64,000 nucleotides of DNA from Anthoceros angustus. Its lineage: Eukaryota > Plantae > Anthocerotophyta. The translations under genes and the position numbers were made by a program. The DNA lies in the NCBI GenBank assembly GCA_010909165.1, contig VJWM01000011.1:930001-994000 (forward strand), given 5' to 3'. Each line of letters begins with the position of its first letter. Position 1 is the stretch's first letter. Positions 1 through 12,526 of this stretch are shown in pieces. The notes beneath the pieces were generated by a model, which worked only from the letters and a program-made list of their open reading frames with translations, made no database searches and had not been told where the DNA came from.

Positions 1-1003
1 CCACCGACATGGCTGCGGCAAAAATGATCGCAGCGTGGCCACTCTCCTTGGCGTGGGAAGCCGGAAAATGTGCCCGCCTCGCTTGCACATGGGTATCCAT
101 AACATGCTATACCTGTGTAGATTCATTATGTATACTATTTGCCAATATATACGGTATGCTGGAAAGTGTATGTACCCGCAATATTTGGTATGTATATATA
201 TATATTTACGCTGATAGGATACCTCAGATATTATACATGGCGTCCCTTTCGTGTATTTCATGTGATGTCTTCTGTCATCTACGGTGTTCGGGTAGCAATT
301 TCGGCCATGTCTAACGTCTAAGTAGAATCCTCTTCAAAACGATAACTGGACAAACAATAGCAATGTGCTTTGGAGTCCGCTCAAAATGAGACCAGCACGC
401 TTAGCAATTCATGCACGTTCAGTTCTGTGTGTACTGTTTTGATCAAAGTCGTACTACGCACAAAGCCTCATACAGGCCAAGACTGCAACAGCTCTATTGA
501 AGCCTACCACCTTCATCTCAAGGTGAGACCTTCGCTCACGAAATAGCTTTTACGAGCTAGGCATGTGGACTAGTTTTTGCATGTGCTAGTGGATAAAGTA
601 GATCTCCGCTTTTGGTACTAGCAGCAGTGTAAGCTGACACATGAGTTTGTTTGGAATAGCAAACTTGAATGCACGGTGGAGCAAGTGGTGGCTAAGGCTT
701 TGGAAATCCCAGACATGTATGTGGCTCTAGATCTCCCAATTGCAACAGATAGAAATGCTTATATTCTTGCAACAGAATAATCAGAGATGCGTTTGTGTTG
801 TTTCTAACATCGACAGCAGCTGGGCATCTTGTATATGACTTTGGGCAGCCCAAGGGCATACATGCAAGCACCAAGTGAAGTTGCTTATGTTACTTCAAAC
901 GCTTGTTCTGATGCTTTTACTCGTGCAAGAGCTGATGCATATATAGTAAGTCTCATGAGCAGATACAAGATAAAGGAACACTTTAACTTTTGCAGCAAGA
1001 GGT

Positions 1004-1117
1004 ATGCCACAATCTGGCTGGTCAGGATACAATCATGAATAGAGTGGTGTTATTGAAGCGGGATGCCACAATCTGGTTGGTCAGGATACAATCATGAATA
1101 GAGTGGTGTTATTGAAG
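1004..1117. repeat. 59-bp-period tandem duplication (2 copies)
   Basis: atgccacaatctgg(c/t)tggtcaggatacaatcatgaatagagtggtgttattgaag occurs at 1004 and 1063. Confidence 0.88.
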
Positions 1118-3014
1118 AAGTTGTTGAGAACACGAGTTTGGATGTTTCTGGTGAACAAGCTATAACTCAATTGACTCATAGTTTGGATAGGTTGCAATCC
1201 CTTGTTTGGACATGCTGCACTTTCCCTTGTTTGCGTATTGTGTGCGCTTTCCCTTATGTGTTTTCCCTTGTGTGCGGATTGATAAGTTGATGGAGCAGAA
1301 ACCCTAAAGCCCCAAATGATAGCCGTTGAGTAGGACATTACCTTTGAGCACTATGAAAGGTAAAGAGGAACCAACTGCCGGAGAGTTGGTAGCCACGAAA
1401 GAAGAGCAGGCTGCCGGCCGCATGGCACCTCAGGGTATGCAGCTACACACGAAATATTGTGAGCAGGCGCTTTGATTTCCCGATGAGGTTTAGGCGATGG
1501 GGTACATAATAGGTCTGCACAAGGCAAACTAGCCGTAATCACTCTAACTTTTATTCGAGTACATAATGTGATTCATGAAATAAAAAAGAGAGCAGGAACC
1601 TCACAATGCAAAGTCACTCCACGAGTCTACACAACACTACCTGTGGCCGATTAAACTCTATTTTTCTATATTTTTTTAATTGATCAGGACCAGCCTTTTT
1701 ATTCCACATATTGAGAGAATTGTATGCCACAAATACCTCTAGCAACAAAGAGATCACCATGTTACTGTGAGCAGGGCACCCGTTGGAGGAAAGCCCCTGA
1801 CTTCATATCTCAAGCTCCTTATCGTATGAGAGCAGTATGGGATGCTTATCCTGTTTGGCTTCCGATTCAGCTCCTTTTCCTAGAGGGACTACATATTTAT
1901 CCCTTTCATTTCATTTGTGGGCCGTAGAGATTGCTTATGACTTAAACCATCGTCTCATAAGCATCATAACTAGAGATGGCAGATCTTGAAGAGCAAGGCA
2001 AATAAAGAGCAAGGTGGGCAAATAAAGAGCAAGGATCCTTGATGATCGCTCTCGATATATCGGCTATCTCTGAGGTGGCAACATGACACTAGAAACAAAA
2101 TCGAGAGCATAGCAAGGCCCATTCCATATGGGCCCTCCTATGGGACGGTTCTAGGACCTGAATTTAAAAAACTGGCATCTATGCCATACGGATTGGGACA
2201 ACAATCCCAACGGCCTTGCCTAAAAACTCTTGAGGAAAGCTGCCCCAAACCTTTTCAAGAAACCCATCGACCCTTTTCAAGGGCTTATTCACCCCATGAC
2301 GGTAGAATCGAGGCGTTCTACGAACCATTTGTTCCAGAGGCCTCGATTCTCACACCAGGTTGGGAGCTCTATGAATCATGGTTCAGGATGCTACCGTCCG
2401 ACCCTGGCCAGAAATTCGGGGCCAATACGTATTTCAAGCTACTGTACATAGGTATGTATGTACATAATATGGTGTCGGTATAATGTACAAGTGTGCGTGT
2501 CAACAAACTTGACGCCACATGCTCTCCTTATTCGGTAAATTATTATTCCTTTTCGCTTTGGTGCTTTCTGGCCCAGGCGTTTCGAGAACATGTGGTTACA
2601 GATCCAGCGACAGCATCCCTGTGTGAGACGAAAACGAACTTCACACGCGGGGATCCTGGCAACCAGCGCCACAAACTGGCATCGAGCTAATGCATCTGCC
2701 ACAGAGGCTGTTACCAAGGAGCGAGACACAGGATCTCTTTGCATGATCGATGCGTCGTTTGTGTCTCATTCCCATGCTCCACACCGAAGGCTTCCGGGGC
2801 TCGGTCCGTCTCCTTTGCAAAAACTCGGGAGCTTGATTTCTGAATGTAGGCAGCTGGCAGCGAGAGCAGTTTCTTTCAGGTGGAAGAACTGCTCCGGTGG
2901 CGGAGGAAGGTGCGGTACTGCTTTCTAACTCTCTCTGTGAGTAGCTTGTGCTCGAGTCCAAGCGGAATCCAATTTTTTCTTATCCGTGGAGAATTCGTGG
3001 CACAGCAGTCCAGG

Positions 3015-5694
3015 ATGACGAGGGATTTTGTGGTCATGCATCCGGTGCTGTGGATGGAGGATCGGATTAAGGATCTGGCAGGCAATTTGCTGGACGAGCA
3101 GAGACGAAGAGACAATTTGGAGAGCATCCGAACGGTTGCCCTAAGGAAGCAGCGGACCGTAGAGCGGACGTTGCAGTTTTGGAGCCGAATGGTGGATATT
3201 TATGCTGGTTACAAGGTGAGAGACGTCCTCATTGACAAAGAGTATGTTTTGTATAATTACCACTTGTTGCTGCAACCTTATGCTGTGCTGCCGAACCTGT
3301 CGATTGTTTCGCAGTTTACGCAAGTTCGGTCGGCATTCGTGAAGGATAAGGCTGAATTGGACTGGATGTGGGACCAACAGCATGAGAAGGGTGCCGATCA
3401 GCTGTATTCCATGTGTGTGGAGATGAAGGGCTTTTTCCTCAAGGTCAGCCTGCTCTGGGGAACTGACTTGTACTGCAGTTTACTTTTGTAAGGCGTCTTG
3501 CTAACTCGTATGTTGAATGGACGACGACAGACAGCTCAAATTTTAGCCAAGCCTGACTTGGCTCCGATGCAATGGGTTAAAAAACTTGTTGTCCTTTGCG
3601 ACCAAGCACCAGAGACGCCCTTTGAAGTCGTGCAAGCAGCTCTGGAAAGTCAATTTGGAAAGCCATTGGACACTGTGTTTGACAGGTTTGACAGAAAGCC
3701 TATCGGGTCTGCATCTGTGGCTCAGGTTTGCTGCCTCCTGTCACGACACAACTAGGGGTTTTCAAGAGCTGTTGCAATGGGGTGCTGCTATCTTTGCCTT
3801 CAGGCTGTTAAATGATGTCCAGCTCACGAGGTTGAACTCCTGCAGGTTCACAGAGCACGTCTGAAGGGTGCCTCGGGTGACGTTGCTGTGAAGGTACGTT
3901 GGAATACAACACCGGTGTGTTGACAGGGGTGTGTAAAAGAGGAGGAGGTCAGCATCTGTTTTGTGGACTATGCAGGTACAACATCCAGGGGCTGAGGAGC
4001 TCATGATGACAGACATTAGGAATCAAAAAGCATTTGCAGGATTTCTCCAACGATTCGACGTCAAGTTTGATCTTGTCACAGTTGTAGAAGAAATAGAAGA
4101 TCAGGTATACTGGTCTTCATAGAGCCTACGTAGGTCTTAAGGATGTTGTCGATGTGTACCATGATTCTGTTCTTTGCTATTGACTGTTCAGGCCTGAAAC
4201 ACTCCGCAGGAAGAATTAATGTATCCTCATATTCTGACCTTGTTTCAGGTAGCGCATGAATTTGATTTTAGGAAGGAAGCACGTTCAATGGATAGAATTG
4301 CCCAAGCTCTGTCAGTTACTGGAAAGTCACCGGTTGCTGTGCCTCGTTCTGTTCCAGGGATGGTTTCCAGGTGAATAAGAGTTGCTTTTTGCCCTTCTAG
4401 ACTGGCGTGTTGCTTTAGTTTAGTAGGTCTGCTTGCTACTGAACGGGTCAAAGTGACTGTGATCGCTTGATTGATGACTCTCTTGTTGTCATGCAGGCGA
4501 GTGTTGGTTATGGACTTTTTGGAGGGAACGTCAATCATAAAGTTAGGAGATGAAATGGCTAAGCGAGGAATCAATCCCAACGGGAGGATTGCAACCATGG
4601 CCAAAAAGTAAGTGGTCGGGTTGCAGCAAGTAGTTTGGACAAGTGTGTGGGGGTTGATCTGTGAAGCTGCTGTTCGACGAGTCATGGATTCATGCGGCTC
4701 ATTGTTGCAGAAATATTATAAAGGATTTAACGACAGCTTATGGTCAGATGATTTTAAGGGACGGGTTTTTCCAGGCGGATCCGCATCCAGGAAATATTCT
4801 TGTCAATGGCCAAGGGAAGGTATGTGGTCGTCACACACTCTCTGCTTGGAGCTGCTAGTGCAGATACGTGCAAGCTGAGAAGCAGAACTGGTGTGAGGGT
4901 CATTTCCTCCTTCAAAGGACCTTTACAAGCTGATGAGATTTTTGTTGAAAGGTTGCACTGCTGGGCTACGGAAGCTGATAAAATGTTTGTTGAAAGGTTG
5001 CATTGCTGGACTACGGACAGACGAAGCAGTTGACGCAACGGCAGCGACTTGGATTTGCTAAGGTCGTGTTGGGGCTGGCAACCTCCAATGTCCCTCAACT
5101 GGGTTCATCGTTCAAGTATGCTTGTCTACTTTGACTGTGTTCATCCCACGTACTCCGCGACGGTATGTGCTACTAATCAGTGAGCGTTGTGGATGGCAGG
5201 GAGCTGGGAATAAAAACCGACAAGTCTGCAAGCGAAGACCCACAGTCGTTCAAGACTTTGGCTACGCTCATATTCGACACTCAACTGCCTCCAGGAATGA
5301 CCGTTGCAAGCCCTTTCGGCGACGACACGATATTGAAGGCCATCTCTGTGGATGTGAGCTGCACTCACTAAGACTCTTTTTACGGTTGTGACGCAATTTG
5401 GATTCACCGCTTTGTCCTTCTGTGCAGAACTTTCCGAAGGACATGTTCTTTATATTGAGGACTGTGCACTTGTTGAGGGGATTGAGCATGGCCATGGGCG
5501 TTCCGTACTCGTCGTCCCAGATGTGGAAATCTTTGGCCGAAGAAGTTTTGACCTCTGCAGGCGAATTGCCAAATCCTTCTCTCTCCGCCAAGTCTCCAAG
5601 TAAGGCCCAGTCTTCCAGCAATCTGCAGTCGCATTTGAATTGTTGTCTCAACAGCAAGTTTCGTTTTCTGCGTCTGGTGCAGATCATCTGTTGA
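3015..5694 (+). CDS. ABC1/UbiB-family atypical protein kinase (about 11 exons)
   Basis: Exons join through GT-AG sites (e.g. 3315-3443, 3846-3893, 3976-4104, 4710-4819, 4997-5115, 5200-5353, 5428-5694). They give ABC1K motifs PIGSASVAQVHRARL, VAVKVQHPG, EFDFRKEA, FFQADPHPGNILV and VALLDYG. The start ATG (3015) is uncertain because other ATGs lie nearby. Confidence 0.93.
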
Positions 5695-6073
5695 GGTCTG
5701 GGAAGCCAAAGGACGGAACTCCTAGGAAATTTATGCGGGACAAGAGGAGAACATACCGCAGAGAGTCTGAATCATCCTAGCCTGGGGGGTATTCTTTGCA
5801 TTTGGAAGTCGCTGGGTGGAGAAGCAAGAACCGCTCTGCCACATGCTCCAAGGCGTCACACAATCTCTCTCTCTCTCTGTACATGGTGCCGTCATTGTAA
5901 CAATATCCCCCCTCCCGAGATTCTTTCATTCCGGAATAATTTGTGTCGCCGAAGCGATTCCCTTTAAGTAAGTGCTCCCTTCTCTAAGTGCGGTTGCCTT
6001 CAGATGCACTGAACGTGTCAAAGTACAAAGTCTGGGATGGACGTCACTTGTGAACATCTTCAGCAAGTGAGCC

Positions 6074-6973
6074 ATGGACAAAGGTGTGGAAGAAGACGTC
6101 CCCGTGGAAGGGGGCACGACATTGGCAGCCGCAGAAAACAAGTCAGTGAAAGAGGGGTTGGAGAAGCAGGAGTCTTCCGCCGAACAGCTCGCAAAGGTCA
6201 GCCTGTCTGAGGGCAAAGCTACAGCAGCCTTCAAAGAAGACGTGCGGCGAAAGGAAGTTGCTTTAGAGCAGTATCGGAAAATTCAAGAGCAAAGCTTTCC
6301 AGACATTCCAATCATAACTGGCCAGCAACTGCTCAAGCTGGTCACCACTGTGAGAACGTCCAGGAGAAACACTTGTGTTTGCGCTAGCTAGGCTAGACAT
6401 GCTAGATAGCAGATGCTTGATCACTTCATTTCGTTCGCAGAATTCCATTGGACCCGAGAAGGGAGCGGTGTTGGTGGATTGCCGATCGGATGCTGAACGC
6501 AAGGTTCATGAAGGCTTGGATACCTGCACATGTTGCATTGTCTAACGCCACCAGGGCTGAGCACTTGGATTGAATGCAGGTCTCCATCATTCCGGGCGCA
6601 CTGGCGAAAGCAGAGGTAGAAGAAAACTTCCATCAGTTTGTAGATAAGGAGGTCATCGGCTACTGGTACTCCTCACACAAGCTCCTCCTATTTTGAACCT
6701 GTAGCAGGTTTTTCCTCACCAGATGCTGGTTTTGTACAACTCAGTGCGATTGGAAGGCGGTCCGGCAATTTCCTCAACAACCTGTGGCAGAGGCACCCCG
6801 AGCTGAAGGTTCTGAACCTGGCAGGAAGCCTGGTGGACTGGGTGCACCTGGGAGGGCCCCTTGTGGATGGTGTAACTGGGGCCCCAACAACCCGGCTTGA
6901 CCTCGGTGGCAACAGTTGGCTCCCCTACCTTCCTACTACCCGAGACGTCCACTTAGTGACCGAATCAACTTGA
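6074..6973 (+). CDS. Single rhodanese-like domain protein with an acidic N-terminal extension (4 exons)
   Basis: Exons 6074-6340, 6441-6503, 6580-6665 and 6745-6973 splice in frame to ...VLVDCRSDAERKVSIIPGA...VIGYCAIGRRSG...KVLNLAGSLVDW..., which carries the rhodanese CxxGxRS active-site loop. Confidence 0.85.
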
Positions 6974-7149
6974 AGCTACATGTTAGATACTTCAGATGTT
7001 TGCCTACGTTTATCACAGCTGCGGCAAACATGTTAGATAAGAACATCTTTCATGATCAAAAGCGTGGCCAGACATTCACAACCACCAGCCGAGGCATTGT
7101 CTCACATAAAGTCATACGGAACTAGTCCACTGATGCGACAGCCTGAAAA

Positions 7150-9780
7150 CTAGTGTCATTGTGTGGACCAGACGTAGCCGAACTGTGGCATTTTAGCGCT
7201 TGGAGGAAAACTGTACGCTACTGGCACTTCTGGCCAAGAGATTATTGCGAAGCTGGAGCTGCAGTCACGAACAAACAAACAGTCCCACAGCCATTTTGTC
7301 CACAGCTCTTGCATCCATCTATCCCGAGGGAACTGCAAGCTCCCTAGAAGCACCTCAATTGTCCAAAACAGGCTCATACTTTACAGCTGCAAGTTCAATC
7401 AAAACAGATAACACTCTCAGGCACACGGCAAGCGGAAGTGACTTCCATGCAAACGTGTCTTCAAAACACTGAAAAGGGGGAGCCCTGTGAGAAACCTGGA
7501 CCTTGCAAGGTCTATACGAATCGACTCGCTTACGGACAGCACAGCCTGCATGGATGAGGTTAAGATTCTTAGCCAGGAATGCCAGACAACACAGGGAAAC
7601 AAGAAAACATGGATAACAATTGAAATACATCTGCAAGGTCAGAACTTGCACAAATTGCTGTTTGCTATATCTGCCTTTTATAGTCCTTGCTGGAACTGCC
7701 TCCATCGGATGTTGCACGTGAACTGCTGTCCAGAAGGATAAAATAAATTAGCACTTTATAGAAGAAAACACCTGTCAATCTGTTTTCAGCAGCAAGAATA
7801 TAAATGAATATAGCTGTGCTTCCTTGGTGAAAGCCTGGCACGCATCACGGGTTCTCCAACAAGAAGCCCGACTTGTCCTCTAGACAGCCCAAGCTGAATT
7901 CGTTACAAAACGTTATGCCCAAGCTGAATTTGTTACAATACGACTGCCTCGCCCGGCAAGCTGTGAGGTCGCTTGCAAAAAGGTAAGGCTGAACGTCCTA
8001 CAACAAAAAAGACGCTACATGGCAGGCATATCTCACCGATCTGTGAGGTCGCTTGCAAGCCATGAGGCTGAAGGTCTTACAACAAAAATCCCGCTACATG
8101 GCATGCATATCTCATCCATCTGTGAGGTCGCTGGCAAAAAATAAGGCTGAACGTCTTACAACAAAAACCCGCTACATGGCAGGCATATCTCACCCATCTC
8201 TGAGGTCGCTGGCAAAAAATAAGGCTGAATGTCTTACAACAAAACCCACTACATGGCAGGCATATCTCACCCATCTGTGAGGTCGCTGGCAACAAATAAG
8301 GCTGAATGTCTTACAACAAAAACCCGCTACATGGCAGGCATATCTCACCCATCTTTGATTCTTTTCAGAAAACTCTCAGCCATCCTTCGAATGACTCTAT
8401 TCAATTTGTAGCCAACAAATACTCCAATTGTAAAACTTGCAACTGCAACCTTGGAGCAGGTTACCGCTGACACGGGAGTATTCCGGTTGATGTTGAGCAT
8501 ATTCATCCTGCCAAAGGAAAACGTGGTATCAGAATTTTAAACAGGTTAGGCAGAGGCTCGACAAAGAAATTTCAGGCAGAGTCTCAGAGTACAGACTACT
8601 ACTGCATGTACTTCCTCTGAAATGGGTTAGCCTATCAACCTGTGAAGTGAGGAAATTTAGAGGGCTGTGTTGCTCGAGCCTCAAACAGAAGGTGATTGAT
8701 GCAAAGATTGGGACTCCGAACTAGGCTTTTCGTCGTCACTAGGTTGTACCTTCCTTTTATTTGTTCTTTCAGCTTAGATTTCTTGCCTCCAGGGGCCCCC
8801 CAAGGGAGGAGGCCTTTGGAGACACTAGCCGGGGCTGCCGTCTTATCTGCCTCACTCTGTTTTTATCCCTCGGAACTTGTACGAGTTGCTTCTGCTACGC
8901 TAAGCGCCCGCTCATGCAAAGAACTGGCAGCCATAAATGAGTCTATCCTAGGGGAGCAGTCCTAGGCAGATCATGACCTGAAATACTTGGCGAATCACGA
9001 AGATCTATTCCCCCAACTGCATAAAGCTTCCAATTCGGACAGCCAAGAAACATCTGCAGTGCGAAGTCACTCTTAGTTTGCAAGCCAGCTGTGACTTTGC
9101 AGACCAGAGCGCTCCTTTCGTGCCTTCTTGTATATCTCTATCCCATACTTCTTGCGACAAGCATCCAAACGCAGGAAAAGGTGCCGATCGGCCACGCAGG
9201 GAAGCAGAAAAACAAGCGCGACAAAAACTACCTCACAGAACACGCTACACCTTCCCTTCTGCCGCCAACTCCTGCTCAATTCCGCTCCAACAAAACCAGC
9301 GACACCTAACCGTGACAAACACCACCAAATTGCTCATTCATAACAAAACCGCACACGATCCGCCGCTTCAAGGAACCAATTCTCCCGCAACACTCTCAAT
9401 TCCAGCCACGCCAACCACATCACAGCTACGCCTCACCAGATCAACAGCAGCCTGACGCACTCCCGCCCCCGGCACCTCCCCGTCCACGGACACCGGCACA
9501 GAACAAAACCAGCCTCCGCAACCGGAATTCGCACAGCGAGCAGAGAAGAGATGGCGCATTCTCCACAGGCTAAGGCGCCGAGGAAGACGAGAAGCGAAGC
9601 TCGCCCTTAGGCGCGCCCTTCTTTCGCTCTCTCTGTATCTCTCCACGCCCCGCATCGTGGCCGTCCAGAGCCTCGTCCGGATCGGACGGTGCCACCCGGC
9701 CGGGCCCAGGGTCCGGTTCCGAGCCACCTTGCTTCGGCGTCCAGGCTCGGAAGAATCTGAACAAGATAGAAAGGAGAGAG
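7150..9780 (-). other. Possible spliced minus-strand transcript (lineage-specific gene, pseudogene or lncRNA) divergent from HEMC
   Basis: Exon-like blocks are flanked by AG/GT on the minus strand (ATG 8934 MAASSLHERALS..., ...PGGKKSKLKEQIKG|GT, ...VIRRMAESFLKRIKDG|GTGAGA). There is an in-frame TAA at 8865-8863 and I recognise no domain. Confidence 0.3.
7961..8354. repeat. ~78-bp tandem minisatellite, about 5 copies
   Basis: The GCTACATGGCAGGCATATCTCACCCATCTGTGAGGTCGC core recurs at ~8014, 8093, 8171, 8248 and 8326. Confidence 0.95.
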
Positions 9781-9943
9781 GCAAAGATGAGAGATCGGCG
9801 TGCCTCTTATGCGCCCGTTTTGGCTGCCGATTGATAGCGTTAGGGAAATTGCGGCGCCTGGTGATGCTCTTGTGCTGCATTTGATCTCGTTTTGCGCTTT
9901 TTTTCTTGCCTCAAATCCAATCCACAGCTGCGCTAAATGCACA

Positions 9944-9991
9944 GATGCAAATGCGGATGCAAATGCAGATGCAAATGCGAATGCAAATGCG
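9944..9991. repeat. (RATGCR)8 hexamer repeat upstream of HEMC
   Basis: gatgca aatgcg gatgca aatgca gatgca aatgcg aatgca aatgcg, about 90 bp upstream of the HEMC ATG. Confidence 0.85.
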
Positions 9992-10080
9992 CAGCTTCTC
10001 CGTTGTTGCGCTGTAGGCAGGTGAGGATCTGTGTGTAGCAGCATCCAGGGAGGAAGCGCTCGAGCAGGAGAAGCAGGAGG

Positions 10081-11659
<1,579 letters not shown>

Positions 11660-12526
11660 AGGGAGTAGGGCCTGGCATGGCCTCTTATCGGGCAAGAATC
11701 CCCTGTGAGATGGCGAATGACAATTTTGGTCGTCAACAAGGCTGTCCTACTACCTCCGGGCTATAGAAAAGTTGAGTTTATTTTACAACTTGTGGCACGT
11801 AGGCATAGCCGATTCTGAGCGAACACGAATATAATTAAATTCCATTCAACTTATACACTAAAATATCGGTTCATATTAGCATGGAACTGGCGACCAATGC
11901 AAGAATTCAAGAACTGTGGAGACGACCATCTCTAGTACTATGTAGAATCAGGACGAGTAACAGTACAAATGTTTGATGGAACGACAAGGAGGAGGCAGTG
12001 AGGAGTTGCCCAAGATGCACTGCTTTTCAACCCGCCAGAGGCAGCTCTTCTGAAGCCCATGCTGCAGAGGCAGGTCAAGGTGTGTTGCACAATCCTGCAC
12101 GGACGTGGGCACAATTACTCAACCATGCAACACGAATGAGACCAGAAAAACAAAAAGACCACTACTTCGGGTGAAGGAAGGACAGAGCTGTGACTTACCA
12201 TTGCGAGATGAGGCGTCCAAGCTGGTTCATGGAAGTGTCTACACGAAAAAACAATCATCCTGCAGTCCATGGGAGTGACTTGCCGCATTAGGGCTCGCAG
12301 GTTCCCTGATAACTTAGAAGAATGGTTGCTCCTGTTGATCCACTCCTAACATAGTACATGTGGGGAAAGCCAATGACGACTGATGGTGGGTATCAGTCTC
12401 CTTGCCGGTGTTAGACAGTAAAAATGCTCCCAGTTGCTAACACGCTGACAGTATGTACATACAAGGAAGGACCTGAGGAACAAGATCCCATCAGCTAGTG
12501 CAGCCAACCTTTCCACCGGCCCTTTG

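Noticed and set aside
1-2500. Short ORFs and a possible degenerate zinc knuckle or LINE ORF1 on the minus strand
   Set aside because: Would need several assumed frameshifts; no motif is strong enough to call.
7961-8354. Possible CRISPR-like array (also 47221-47425 and 48270-48595)
   Set aside because: Units are contiguous with no unique spacers, there are no cas genes, and the context is eukaryotic.
9944-9991. Four ATGCAAAT octamer motifs
   Set aside because: POU/octamer factors are not a plant system; it is better explained as a hexamer microsatellite.
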